Positions 1-7,334 of a stretch of 14,982 bases of DNA are shown one piece after another (the stretch's first letter is position 1; each line of letters begins with the position of its first letter). The notes below the pieces were generated by a model. The model was not told the DNA's origin and did no database searches. It saw nothing but the letters and a program-made list of their open reading frames with translations. A program made the position numbers and the translations under genes. Source of the stretch: Deltaproteobacteria bacterium (GTDB taxonomy: Bacteria > Myxococcota_A > UBA9160 > SMWR01); assembly GCA_032128375.1 (NCBI GenBank), contig JAQBGU010000218.1:1-14982 (forward strand), in the 5' to 3' direction.

Positions 1-134
1 CCCGAATACCGCGCAAGACACGCGCACTTGCCGTCGCGCCCGTGCTGATCCAATTTTGGGTTCACTTTTTCGAAGCAAGCACAACCGGATGCAAGCCAAT
101 ACAGCCGTATACCCGGCTTCCAACGGAAGCTCTC

Positions 135-1199
135 ATGCGCAAGGACACAGAACCATTGCCTGAACTGATCGCACTTCGCCCTCACCCGCACGCGCGCCCC
201 TGGCCTACTCATAGTTGGCCCGAACGCGAACCCGGTTCGAGTGTTGATCGCACGCGAATCGACGACGCGCTCGATCGCGTGTTCGAACAGCCCTGGCCTG
301 AGATCTACGGAGTCACCCACGCGCTGGTGGCGATACACCAGGGGGCGCTGGTTCGAGAGCGCTATGCACCCGACCACACGCGGGATTCGACGTTTATCTC
401 CTGGTCGATGGCCAAGAGCATCCTGCAATGCGCGATCGGAACGCTGGTCCGGGATGGCAAGCTCGATATTCATGAACCTGCAGATGTTCCCAGTTGGTGC
501 GACCCGGGCGATCCGCGCCGTGCGCTGACGGTCGACCAACTGTTGCGTATGTCGAGCGGGTTGCGATTTTTTGAAGACTACGTGGACGAGCAGGGCTCGG
601 ACTGCATCCGCATGCTCTTTGGCCGCGGCCAGCAGGACGTCGCCGCGTACGCGGCCAGCCTGCCGCTGGACCACCCCCCTGACACGGTCTGGAATTATTC
701 GAGCGGGACGAGCAATATTCTGTCCGCCTTGATCGGTCGCATCGTCGGCGGGGGCACGGCCGACGGGTCAGCGATGGAAGGGTTTCTGCGCCGCGAAATT
801 TTCGATCGGATCGGAATGCAGACGGCGACGCTGCGGTTCGACCCGGCCGAAACCTGGATCGGCTCCTCTTTCGTGTTCGCCACAGCGCGAGACTTCGCGC
901 GCTTTGGTTACCTATACCTCCGCGATGGTGTTTGGGGAGGTGAGCGTCTGCTTCCACAGGGCTGGGTCGATTATGCGCGTACGCCGACTCCCGCGTCGGG
1001 CGGGGAGTACGGCGCGCACTGGTGGCTCGCCCAGGATGGCTCCGGCCGCTTCCATGCCAGTGGCTACCGGGGCCAGTACATCGTCGTGGATCCGGCGCGC
1101 GACCTCGTCGTCGTTCGACTCGGTGAGTCAACACCGGAACAACGCGCAAACGTGTTGCCATTCATGCGCGATGTCGTGGAGTCGTTTCCGACGATGTGA
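135..1199 (+). CDS. Serine hydrolase, beta-lactamase class C / 6-aminohexanoate-dimer hydrolase-like (AmpC/CubicO family)
   Basis: Catalytic SxxK (SWSMAKS), LLxMxSGL, YxS/N motif (WNYSSG), ARDFARFGYLYL, and ASGYRGQY near the C-terminus. The ORF is open from 42; ATG at 135 was chosen as the likelier start. No obvious signal peptide. Confidence 0.9.
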   Translation: MRKDTEPLPELIALRPHPHARPWPTHSWPEREPGSSVDRTRIDDALDRVFEQPWPEIYGVTHALVAIHQGALVRERYAPDHTRDSTFISWSMAKSILQCAIGTLVRDGKLDIHEPADVPSWCDPGDPRRALTVDQLLRMSSGLRFFEDYVDEQGSDCIRMLFGRGQQDVAAYAASLPLDHPPDTVWNYSSGTSNILSALIGRIVGGGTADGSAMEGFLRREIFDRIGMQTATLRFDPAETWIGSSFVFATARDFARFGYLYLRDGVWGGERLLPQGWVDYARTPTPASGGEYGAHWWLAQDGSGRFHASGYRGQYIVVDPARDLVVVRLGESTPEQRANVLPFMRDVVESFPTM

Positions 1200-1341
1200 T
1201 GCCGAGCCTCGTTCGGTTTCGTCCGCTCGGCGCAATGCGGCGTGAACTGATACTCGTAAGGGCTGTGGAATCGCTCGCTGGCCGAATGGGTTGATTCGAT
1301 CAACGATGCGAGGAGCGTTCGATGCCGCCATATTGGGTTCC

Positions 1342-1440
1342 ATGAAAACCGAGGGGTCGATACAGGCTGAAGGCTTCATGAAAGCTGAAGGCTCCACAAA
1401 AGCAGAAGGCTCCATGCCTGCCGAAGGTTCCACGCCGGCC
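1342..1440 (+). repeat. 18-bp coding tandem repeat, about 5.5 units (xxAEGS hexapeptide)
   Basis: atgaaaaccgaggggtcg / atacaggctgaaggcttc / atgaaagctgaaggctcc / acaaaagcagaaggctcc / atgcctgccgaaggttcc / acgccggcc. Confidence 0.9.
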
Positions 1441-2478
1441 GACCCATGGCGCAAGTACTTCGAGGTTCAAGCGCGCAGCTGCATGCGCGACGGTTCACCG
1501 CTCTACGGTGCTCTAATCGGGCGCGTCGGCGAAGACCACTCGAGCGGCGGAATAGTCGCCGATCTGCTCGAGAATTGGGAGGGCAACCCGATTCTCCAGG
1601 CCGTCGCGATGCGACTGATGGGTGCCGTACATCATCTCGTGCTCGCGGGCGAGGCGCCAGAACTCGCGCGACACTATCCTTCGGCCGGCGGAAAACCCCA
1701 GTACCCCAAGGTCGAGGACGTCTTCATCGCGACGCTCCGGGAACATCGCGACTTCATCGCCAAGCGCCTGGGCTTGCCGGTTCAAACGAACGAAGTGCGT
1801 CGTTCAGCCGCACTACTCGGTGGCTTCCTTTCCGTCGCAGCCGCGACGAGGCTTCCACTGCGGGTGCTCGAGATCGGCGCGAGCGCGGGATTGAATCAGC
1901 TTTGGGACCGCTACCGCTACGAACTCGGTCCCCACCATTGGGGTGACCCGCAGGGCGAGCCTCTGCTGACCACCGATTGGCGCGGGCCGGCCCCGGCTCT
2001 GGATGCGCCGCTGAGTGTCGCCGCGCGGCATGCTTGTGATCTTTCCCCGCTCGACCTCTCGGATACCCAATCGCGTCGTCACCTCGAAACCTTTATATGG
2101 CCCGATCAGCCCGAACGGCGCGAGCGTTTCATGCGCGCGGCCGATGCTGTATTGGCCGCCGGTGTGCAGATCGATCGCTCGCAAGCACTTCCGTGGCTTG
2201 CGGCCCGGCTCGCAGAACCCGTGCTGAAGGTTGCCACCGTGGTGTTTCACTCGGTCGTGTGGCACTACATCGACCCCGAAGAGCGACATGGCATCGAGGC
2301 GTTGATGGAACGGGTGGGTGAAGCCAGCGATGCCGATACTCCGCTCGCGTGGCTTCGCATGGAAGCGCGCAGTTTCGCGGCATGCGAGCTGCGGCTTCGC
2401 ATCTGGCCGACCGGTGAGGACCGCCTATTGGCTACGTGTGGCTCGCACGGCCAGTATGTGGAGTGGCTTTCCGCGTGA
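1342..2478 (+). CDS. DUF2332 domain-containing protein (methyltransferase-like fold, function unknown)
   Basis: Motifs GSPLY, RLMGAVH, QTNEVRRS, LEIGASAGLN, FIWPDQPER, VFHSVVWHY and HGQYVEW. Start is ambiguous, with in-frame ATGs at 1306, 1342, 1378 and 1414. Confidence 0.88.
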   Translation: MKTEGSIQAEGFMKAEGSTKAEGSMPAEGSTPADPWRKYFEVQARSCMRDGSPLYGALIGRVGEDHSSGGIVADLLENWEGNPILQAVAMRLMGAVHHLVLAGEAPELARHYPSAGGKPQYPKVEDVFIATLREHRDFIAKRLGLPVQTNEVRRSAALLGGFLSVAAATRLPLRVLEIGASAGLNQLWDRYRYELGPHHWGDPQGEPLLTTDWRGPAPALDAPLSVAARHACDLSPLDLSDTQSRRHLETFIWPDQPERRERFMRAADAVLAAGVQIDRSQALPWLAARLAEPVLKVATVVFHSVVWHYIDPEERHGIEALMERVGEASDADTPLAWLRMEARSFAACELRLRIWPTGEDRLLATCGSHGQYVEWLSA

Positions 2479-3370
2479 TGCGTTGCTCGAGCCACGGGCC
2501 GATGAACTCGTGGGCCGATACGAGGATGCCCAGGTGGTTGCATTCCGGAACGACGATGGAGACGCTCTCATCCAGAACCCGCGCCGCCAAGCGCCCGAAT
2601 TCGATCACCTTGCCGGGTTCGAATAGTTCGTCTTGGGCACCGATCCACAGACCGAAAGGTTGGTCCAGGCTGGCGAACTGGTCCCGAGGCGCGCTGGGAG
2701 TGATGCCGTTGGCGAGATTCACGGTATTCGAAACGACGATTCGGGGATCGCCGGCGAGTGCTTCTGGCGGGTAGTTGAATTGCACGGCCCTATTGTGTCC
2801 CATCAATCGCCCTCCGCTGATCGCGTTGATGATGAACGGTGCGGTGCGCGCGACAGCGAAAGGACTGGATCCGTTTCTCGTCGCGTCGCGCTCCGTATTG
2901 GAACGGAAGCCGAGCTGAGGAGAGACGAACAAGTATCCATCGACCGCAGAACACCCCTCCCAGGTCGCGTAGTTGAGCACGAGTCCGGCACCCGAGGAAT
3001 GACCACCGATCAATAGCGGTCGGTCTGGATGCGCACCGCGAACGAGGTCGACGAACCCATCGACGTCTCGAAACAGCTGCTCGGTGCTGGGCGCGTCGCC
3101 ACGCTCGCCCTGCGAGTAGCCATGGCCGCGGATGTCCGGCGTGTACACGGCGACCCCCGATCCGTCACGCAACCCGGCCGCCAGATGGGCGTATCCCGCG
3201 CCAGAGTGGGCGCCGCCGCCGTGGTAGAAGACGACGCCGGCGACGGGGTGATCGGGGAGATAGGCGCGGTAGGCGAGTGTCACACCGTCGCTCGCGCGGA
3301 GGGTTCGAATCTGCGCCGAGTCACCCATTCCAGCTTGGCTGAGTTCTCGCATCGAAAACGGCGCGCTCAT
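2432..3370 (-). CDS. Alpha/beta hydrolase (lysophospholipase / Hydrolase_4-like)
   Basis: HGGGAHSG oxyanion region, DIRGHG, nucleophile elbow GHSSG, candidate Asp (GAQDEL) and His (CNHLG). AGGAG lies 8 nt before the ATG at 3370; the ORF is open to 3418. Confidence 0.9.
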   Translation of the reverse strand: MSAPFSMRELSQAGMGDSAQIRTLRASDGVTLAYRAYLPDHPVAGVVFYHGGGAHSGAGYAHLAAGLRDGSGVAVYTPDIRGHGYSQGERGDAPSTEQLFRDVDGFVDLVRGAHPDRPLLIGGHSSGAGLVLNYATWEGCSAVDGYLFVSPQLGFRSNTERDATRNGSSPFAVARTAPFIINAISGGRLMGHNRAVQFNYPPEALAGDPRIVVSNTVNLANGITPSAPRDQFASLDQPFGLWIGAQDELFEPGKVIEFGRLAARVLDESVSIVVPECNHLGILVSAHEFIGPWLEQRITRKATPHTGRASHT

Positions 3371-3517
3371 GTCGGGGGCTCCTGGTTGTGGGTTGGCGCT
3401 GCCGCCTTGGCGCGCCATGTCGGGTTAAGCAGGAAGACTACTCCCATTCGACGAGTAAGCTTGCCCTGCATTTCGCGACATCCGAATCAAGCAGTATCTT
3501 CGCACGCAGGAGGACAG

Positions 3518-4159
3518 ATGACAGGGATTCGCCCGCAAGATGCCCCGACGATTCTGACCCACTACTACCGGGCGATGGTGGGCCGGGCCGATATCTGGCG
3601 CACCCGGATGGACACGACAACCAACTGGGCGATTGGGGCGACCGCGGCGATCATGTCATTCGCGTTGGGAAATGCGGCCGTTCCGCATTACGTGGTGTTC
3701 ATCGCTTCGCTGATGACGCTCATTTTTTTGATGCTCGAAGCTCGGCGACTGACCTTCTACCACCTGTGGCAGCAGCGCGTGCTGCTGCTCGAACGGGGGC
3801 TGATCCGTCCGGCCGCGTTTGCCCTCTGGTCCTCACAAGAAACGACGATTCCGGCCGATAGCCGAGACCTCGCGCAAGAACTCGAGACGCATCTGGGACG
3901 AACCGCTCCGAACATGCCGCTCGGCAAGGCTGTCGCGCGGCGGTTGCGGAGGGTCTATTTGTATTTGTTCGGTGTGCAACTCCTCGCTTGGGTGCTCAAG
4001 ATCGCCAACCACCCGACTGCCGCGAGCTCCTTGACGGAGTGGGTCGCGCGCGCCCATGCAGGTCCAATCCCGGGCGAAGTATTTCTGGCGACGATGGGTG
4101 CCGTGTTCTTGGCCGCATCCAGCTTCGCGATCGCACGAGGCGCGGGCGATCGACGTTGA
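3518..4159 (+). CDS. DUF2270 family predicted integral membrane protein
   Basis: HYYRAMVGRADIWRTRMDTTTNWAI, LEARR, ARRLRRVY and several hydrophobic helices. AGGAGG Shine-Dalgarno lies just upstream of ATG 3518. Confidence 0.9.
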   Translation: MTGIRPQDAPTILTHYYRAMVGRADIWRTRMDTTTNWAIGATAAIMSFALGNAAVPHYVVFIASLMTLIFLMLEARRLTFYHLWQQRVLLLERGLIRPAAFALWSSQETTIPADSRDLAQELETHLGRTAPNMPLGKAVARRLRRVYLYLFGVQLLAWVLKIANHPTAASSLTEWVARAHAGPIPGEVFLATMGAVFLAASSFAIARGAGDRR

Positions 4160-4249
4160 GCGGATTGTGCTGGACGGTGATTCGCCGGTAGAGTGTTCGC
4201 TCATTGCGGGCCGATCGGTAGAAGAGGCCTGCGTTTCGCGGAATTCCGA

Positions 4250-4774
4250 ATGCCGACACGTCAGCGCTTTTTTGATTCCCGACAGGTGGACCCGGCGCCC
4301 AACCGTCCGGTGACGACACCGGCGCAACAGATTCTTCGTCCGATTTTGGCGGCGCTCGCGATCGATTTGGTCGACCTCGCAACATTCGGTCCGGTGGGCT
4401 TGTACACCGGATTGATTCTCGGTGCAGCCGCAGGTTATTGGTTGGCACCGATTCTCGGTTTTCCGCTGCACCGGCGCTGGCTATCGGCACTGGCTACCGG
4501 TGTCTACTGCACGCTGCCGATGACCGGATTGATTCCGTTGGCGACCCTGGTGAGCGTGATAGCTCGTTCGCTGATGCTCGGAAATCTGCGTGTCGATACG
4601 TCGCGCGAAACCGACCCAGCGGGAGCGATCGACGTGGAATACGAAATCGTCGCGGACGATCCGAAGTCTCATCGCTCGGAGAGCCATGGCAACGATCGGA
4701 AAAGCAACAACAGCAAAAGCAACGACCGCAAGAGCAACGACAGCAGAAGCAACGACAGATCACTCAACCGATAG
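4250..4774 (+). CDS. Hypothetical membrane protein with a repetitive hydrophilic tail
   Basis: Gly-rich hydrophobic segments (IDLVDLATFGPVGLYTGLILG...YCTLPMTGLIPLATL). Fills the gap between two + strand genes. Start uncertain (4193, 4250 or GTG 4310). Confidence 0.7.
   Translation: MPTRQRFFDSRQVDPAPNRPVTTPAQQILRPILAALAIDLVDLATFGPVGLYTGLILGAAAGYWLAPILGFPLHRRWLSALATGVYCTLPMTGLIPLATLVSVIARSLMLGNLRVDTSRETDPAGAIDVEYEIVADDPKSHRSESHGNDRKSNNSKSNDRKSNDSRSNDRSLNR
4688..4762 (+). repeat. 15-bp coding tandem repeat, 5 units (SND[R/S][K/R])
   Basis: ggcaacgatcggaaa / agcaacaacagcaaa / agcaacgaccgcaag / agcaacgacagcaga / agcaacgacagatca, just before the stop codon. Confidence 0.9.
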
Positions 4775-4883
4775 GAAGTCGTGAAATCTGCCACTCGCCG
4801 GTGCGCTTCCGGCGAACCAGCGTCGCACCGCGGACGTGTCAGGGAAGACGCCGATCGCGGTTGAGCGAACAGGACACACGATC

Positions 4884-5261
4884 ATGGCGTGGATTCGCGA
4901 TATCGTAATCGACTGCCAGCATCCCGCGTCGCTCGCACGGTTTTGGACAGCACTGCTGACCGGCTACGAGGTCAGACCATATGATCAGAACGAAATCGAT
5001 CGCCTCGCGTCCGAAGGCTTTACGCCAGAGACGGACCCGAGCGTGGCTGTCGATGGTCCCGGTCCAACTCTGTTCTTTCAGAAGACCTCGATCATTGATC
5101 TCCAGCGAGGCCGAATTCACTTGGACCTCACGGGGGCTGCACGCTCCGCCGAGGTCGAGCGTCTCATCGCGTTGGGCGCCAGCGTAAAACAGCACACCGA
5201 GTCCTACACGGTAATGCTCGATCCGGAGGGACATCCATTCTGCGTGCGAGATCCCGATTAG
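4884..5261 (+). CDS. VOC family protein (glyoxalase-like domain)
   Basis: IVIDC..P..LARFW, LFFQK, RIHLDL, EVERLIALGA and VMLDPEGHPFC. AGGA upstream of ATG 4884. Confidence 0.92.
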   Translation: MAWIRDIVIDCQHPASLARFWTALLTGYEVRPYDQNEIDRLASEGFTPETDPSVAVDGPGPTLFFQKTSIIDLQRGRIHLDLTGAARSAEVERLIALGASVKQHTESYTVMLDPEGHPFCVRDPD

Positions 5262-6001
5262 CCGCGCGCTCTCCGCTTGTCGGTCGCCTCGCGATAGGGC
5301 TCGCAATTTTCTGCGAGTTCGTTGCGAAATGCATCCGCGTGTTCAACGACCAATCGATCCAGCCGCCCAACTACCGATTCCTCCGGTTGCGTGTCCCACC
5401 AGATGGGGTGCGTCAAAAGCTGCAGTGCTCGGCTCTGGGCGACCGCTGGGTGGTCGAGGGGGTGACCGTGGTGCCAGGCGCCCCGCGAATCGGCGCAGTA
5501 ACCCATCTCGGTGATGAAGCGAGGCTCGTAGGCGTGAGTGCGCCCCGCGAACTGACCTTCGGCACCAATCAGCCATTCGGTGGGTCGATGGAAGCTCACA
5601 ACCTCGACTGGGCGGCCGGTTTGCGCTTCGAGCCGCTCACATTCCTCTTCGCAGGCGGCCTCCAGCGACGATCGGTCCGCAGGGTAGAGGGACGCATCGA
5701 GGTGCAAACCGATCTCGTGGCCGGCATCGAGGATCTGCCTGAGGGAACCGATGCCTGGCGCCGAAAAAGGGTTATACAGGCCGGTGCGCAACAGCACGAA
5801 ATAGATGGACCGCACACCTAATTCGCGTTCCAGCCCGGCCATCGCCACGGCGGACCCGAGCGACATGTCGATATCGTGTCGAAGGATGAGATGACGCTTG
5901 TCGGGTTCGGCATCGGCGAAACCGTGAACCGAATAGTCCCGGCCGAGCAGCGCCGTCACGAGTTCGCGATAACCGTGGAGTGAGAAGTTGGATTGCATCA
6001 A
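5258..6001 (-). CDS. Polysaccharide deacetylase-like protein (CE4/NodB-like fold, of the kind seen in surface-glycan loci)
   Basis: ILRHDID, SIYFV, GHEIGLH, SFHRP, DSRGAW and LQLLTHPIWW motifs. Its stop overlaps the VOC stop by 4 bp (TTAG). Confidence 0.8.
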   Translation of the reverse strand: MMQSNFSLHGYRELVTALLGRDYSVHGFADAEPDKRHLILRHDIDMSLGSAVAMAGLERELGVRSIYFVLLRTGLYNPFSAPGIGSLRQILDAGHEIGLHLDASLYPADRSSLEAACEEECERLEAQTGRPVEVVSFHRPTEWLIGAEGQFAGRTHAYEPRFITEMGYCADSRGAWHHGHPLDHPAVAQSRALQLLTHPIWWDTQPEESVVGRLDRLVVEHADAFRNELAENCEPYREATDKRRARG

Positions 6002-6015
6002 ATTTTCGACTGTTG

Positions 6016-6103
6016 CTCGAACCCTCGAACCTTCGTACCTTCGAACCTTCGATCCCTCGAACCAGCGATCCCTCGAACCAGCGATCCCTCGGACCTTCGT
6101 ACG
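6016..6103. repeat. Degenerate 8-bp tandem repeat, 11 units (consensus YTCGAACC), intergenic
   Basis: ctcgaacc ctcgaacc ttcgtacc ttcgaacc ttcgatcc ctcgaacc agcgatcc ctcgaacc agcgatcc ctcggacc ttcgtacg. Confidence 0.93.
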
Positions 6104-6290
6104 AGGGATACCATGTGGAGTTCCTCAGCCAGCTCGCAGTTCATCTTACCCCAATCTGAAGCAGCAACGTGGGATGCGAACTTGTCGGGAAGCCAGCCTT
6201 GACGAACGGTGGGCGCGCGCCGATGATCGTTGCGGTCTTGCAGCCCGTTTCCATGCGTCTCGATTCGCCATTGGCTCGGAATCTGCGTTC

Positions 6291-6330
6291 AGATCGAATA
6301 GATCGAATTGATTGGAATCGGATTGAATCG
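6291..6330. repeat. Degenerate 9-10 bp tandem repeat, about 4 units
   Basis: agatcgaat agatcgaat tgattggaat cggattgaat cg. Confidence 0.65.
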
Positions 6331-6434
6331 GTTGGGCGACGAATGCGCAACATCGCCGCCGCCGATCTGACCCGGAAAGTCGCGACAGACGTCGCGACAC
6401 GCGACGCGGCAAACGAATCGGTGGAGAAGCATGT

Positions 6435-7334
6435 ATGGCGAAGCAGCTAGCCGCCACCGGCACCCAGATCGCCCGATTCCTGAGGAGCCCCCTGCTCGGC
6501 GAGTCTGCAGTCGTCCGAGCCATCACCCCGTTTCCCAACACCGAGCGTGCCAGCATCAGCTTCTGCAGCGCAGTGTCTTGTGCTGACGTGTCGACACCGC
6601 CCGCGGACTCATTTGTCCTGGCACTGCAGTCCGCTGCGCCGGAGCTGTGCAAAGCAGGCTACCGCGTCATCGAGAGTGACTACCCGAAATACGATCTCGC
6701 CCGGGTCTATCGCGAGTTTTTCCGTGTTCCGATAGCGGTGGGCGTCCATCCATCCGCCGTACTGGGAGCTGATGTGAGCCTGGCCCGCGCCGTCTGCATC
6801 GGGCCGGGCTCGGTTCTGGATGGAGCGGTGGTTCTGGGAGAGAGCGTCGTGTTGGGCGCGAACGTGCGAATTCAGGGTCCAGTGACACTGGGGTCGCGTG
6901 TGTCGATTGGGAGTTCTTCGGTGATTGGAGAGGAAGCGTTCAGCTTCGGTTTTGGTGCGAATGGGCAAGCAGTTCGGTTCCCAGCGACAGGCGGTGTGGT
7001 GATCGAAGACGATGTCGAGATCGGGGCCTCGACGTTTATTGCGGCCGGCGTATTCGAGCCGACACGAATCGAAGCCTCGGCGAAAATCGCCGACCTGGTT
7101 TCCATTTCGAATGCTGTGCAGATCGGTCGAAACAGTATCGTGACGGCACGCTGTTCGCTGTCTGGGCGCGTCCGCGTCGGGCGCGACTGCTGGATCGGCC
7201 AAAGCGCGTCGATTCGCCAGGGTGTGGTGGTGGGAGACGGTGCGATGGTTGGAATGGGGGCCGTTGTGGTGAAGGATGTGCCGCCCGGTAAGGTCGTGAT
7301 GGGAAACCCGGCCAGCGTGAAAAGAGAGCGCTGA
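6435..7334 (+). CDS. LpxD-like left-handed beta-helix (hexapeptide repeat) acyltransferase homologue; probably not a true LpxD
   Basis: LpxD-like N-domain (SISF, PKYDL), VHPSAVLG, many [LIV]G hexapeptides, GGVVIEDDVEIGA, and a sugar-acetyltransferase-type end (GMGAVVVKDVP..VMGNPA). No C-terminal helical domain. GGAG lies 8 nt upstream of the ATG. Confidence 0.82.
   Translation: MAKQLAATGTQIARFLRSPLLGESAVVRAITPFPNTERASISFCSAVSCADVSTPPADSFVLALQSAAPELCKAGYRVIESDYPKYDLARVYREFFRVPIAVGVHPSAVLGADVSLARAVCIGPGSVLDGAVVLGESVVLGANVRIQGPVTLGSRVSIGSSSVIGEEAFSFGFGANGQAVRFPATGGVVIEDDVEIGASTFIAAGVFEPTRIEASAKIADLVSISNAVQIGRNSIVTARCSLSGRVRVGRDCWIGQSASIRQGVVVGDGAMVGMGAVVVKDVPPGKVVMGNPASVKRER

Noticed and set aside
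135..1199. Antibiotic-resistance beta-lactamase
   Set aside because: It has YSS rather than YxN, no KTG triad and no signal peptide, which fits the broad esterase/amidase branch better.
3029..3517. N-terminal extension of the DUF2270 ORF (376 aa)
   Set aside because: It is the antisense shadow of the hydrolase gene. A strong AGGAGG and the family N-terminus support ATG 3518.
4795..4815. Hairpin TCGCCGG-N7-CCGGCGA (and GCCGAGC/GCTCGGC at 1201-1231) as intrinsic terminators
   Set aside because: 7-bp stems with no U-tract are easily found by chance at this GC content.
6016..6103. Possible CRISPR array or iteron origin
   Set aside because: Units are 8 bp and contiguous with no unique spacers, and there are no cas or rep genes in the window.
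6169..6450. 93-aa ORF or leader peptide in the divergent spacer
   Set aside because: No recognisable motif, partly made of repeat-derived sequence, and no clear RBS. It cannot be fully excluded.
6435..7334. Bona fide lpxD
   Set aside because: It lacks the catalytic His and the C-terminal helical domain, and it is not in a bamA-skp-lpxD-fabZ-lpxA context.
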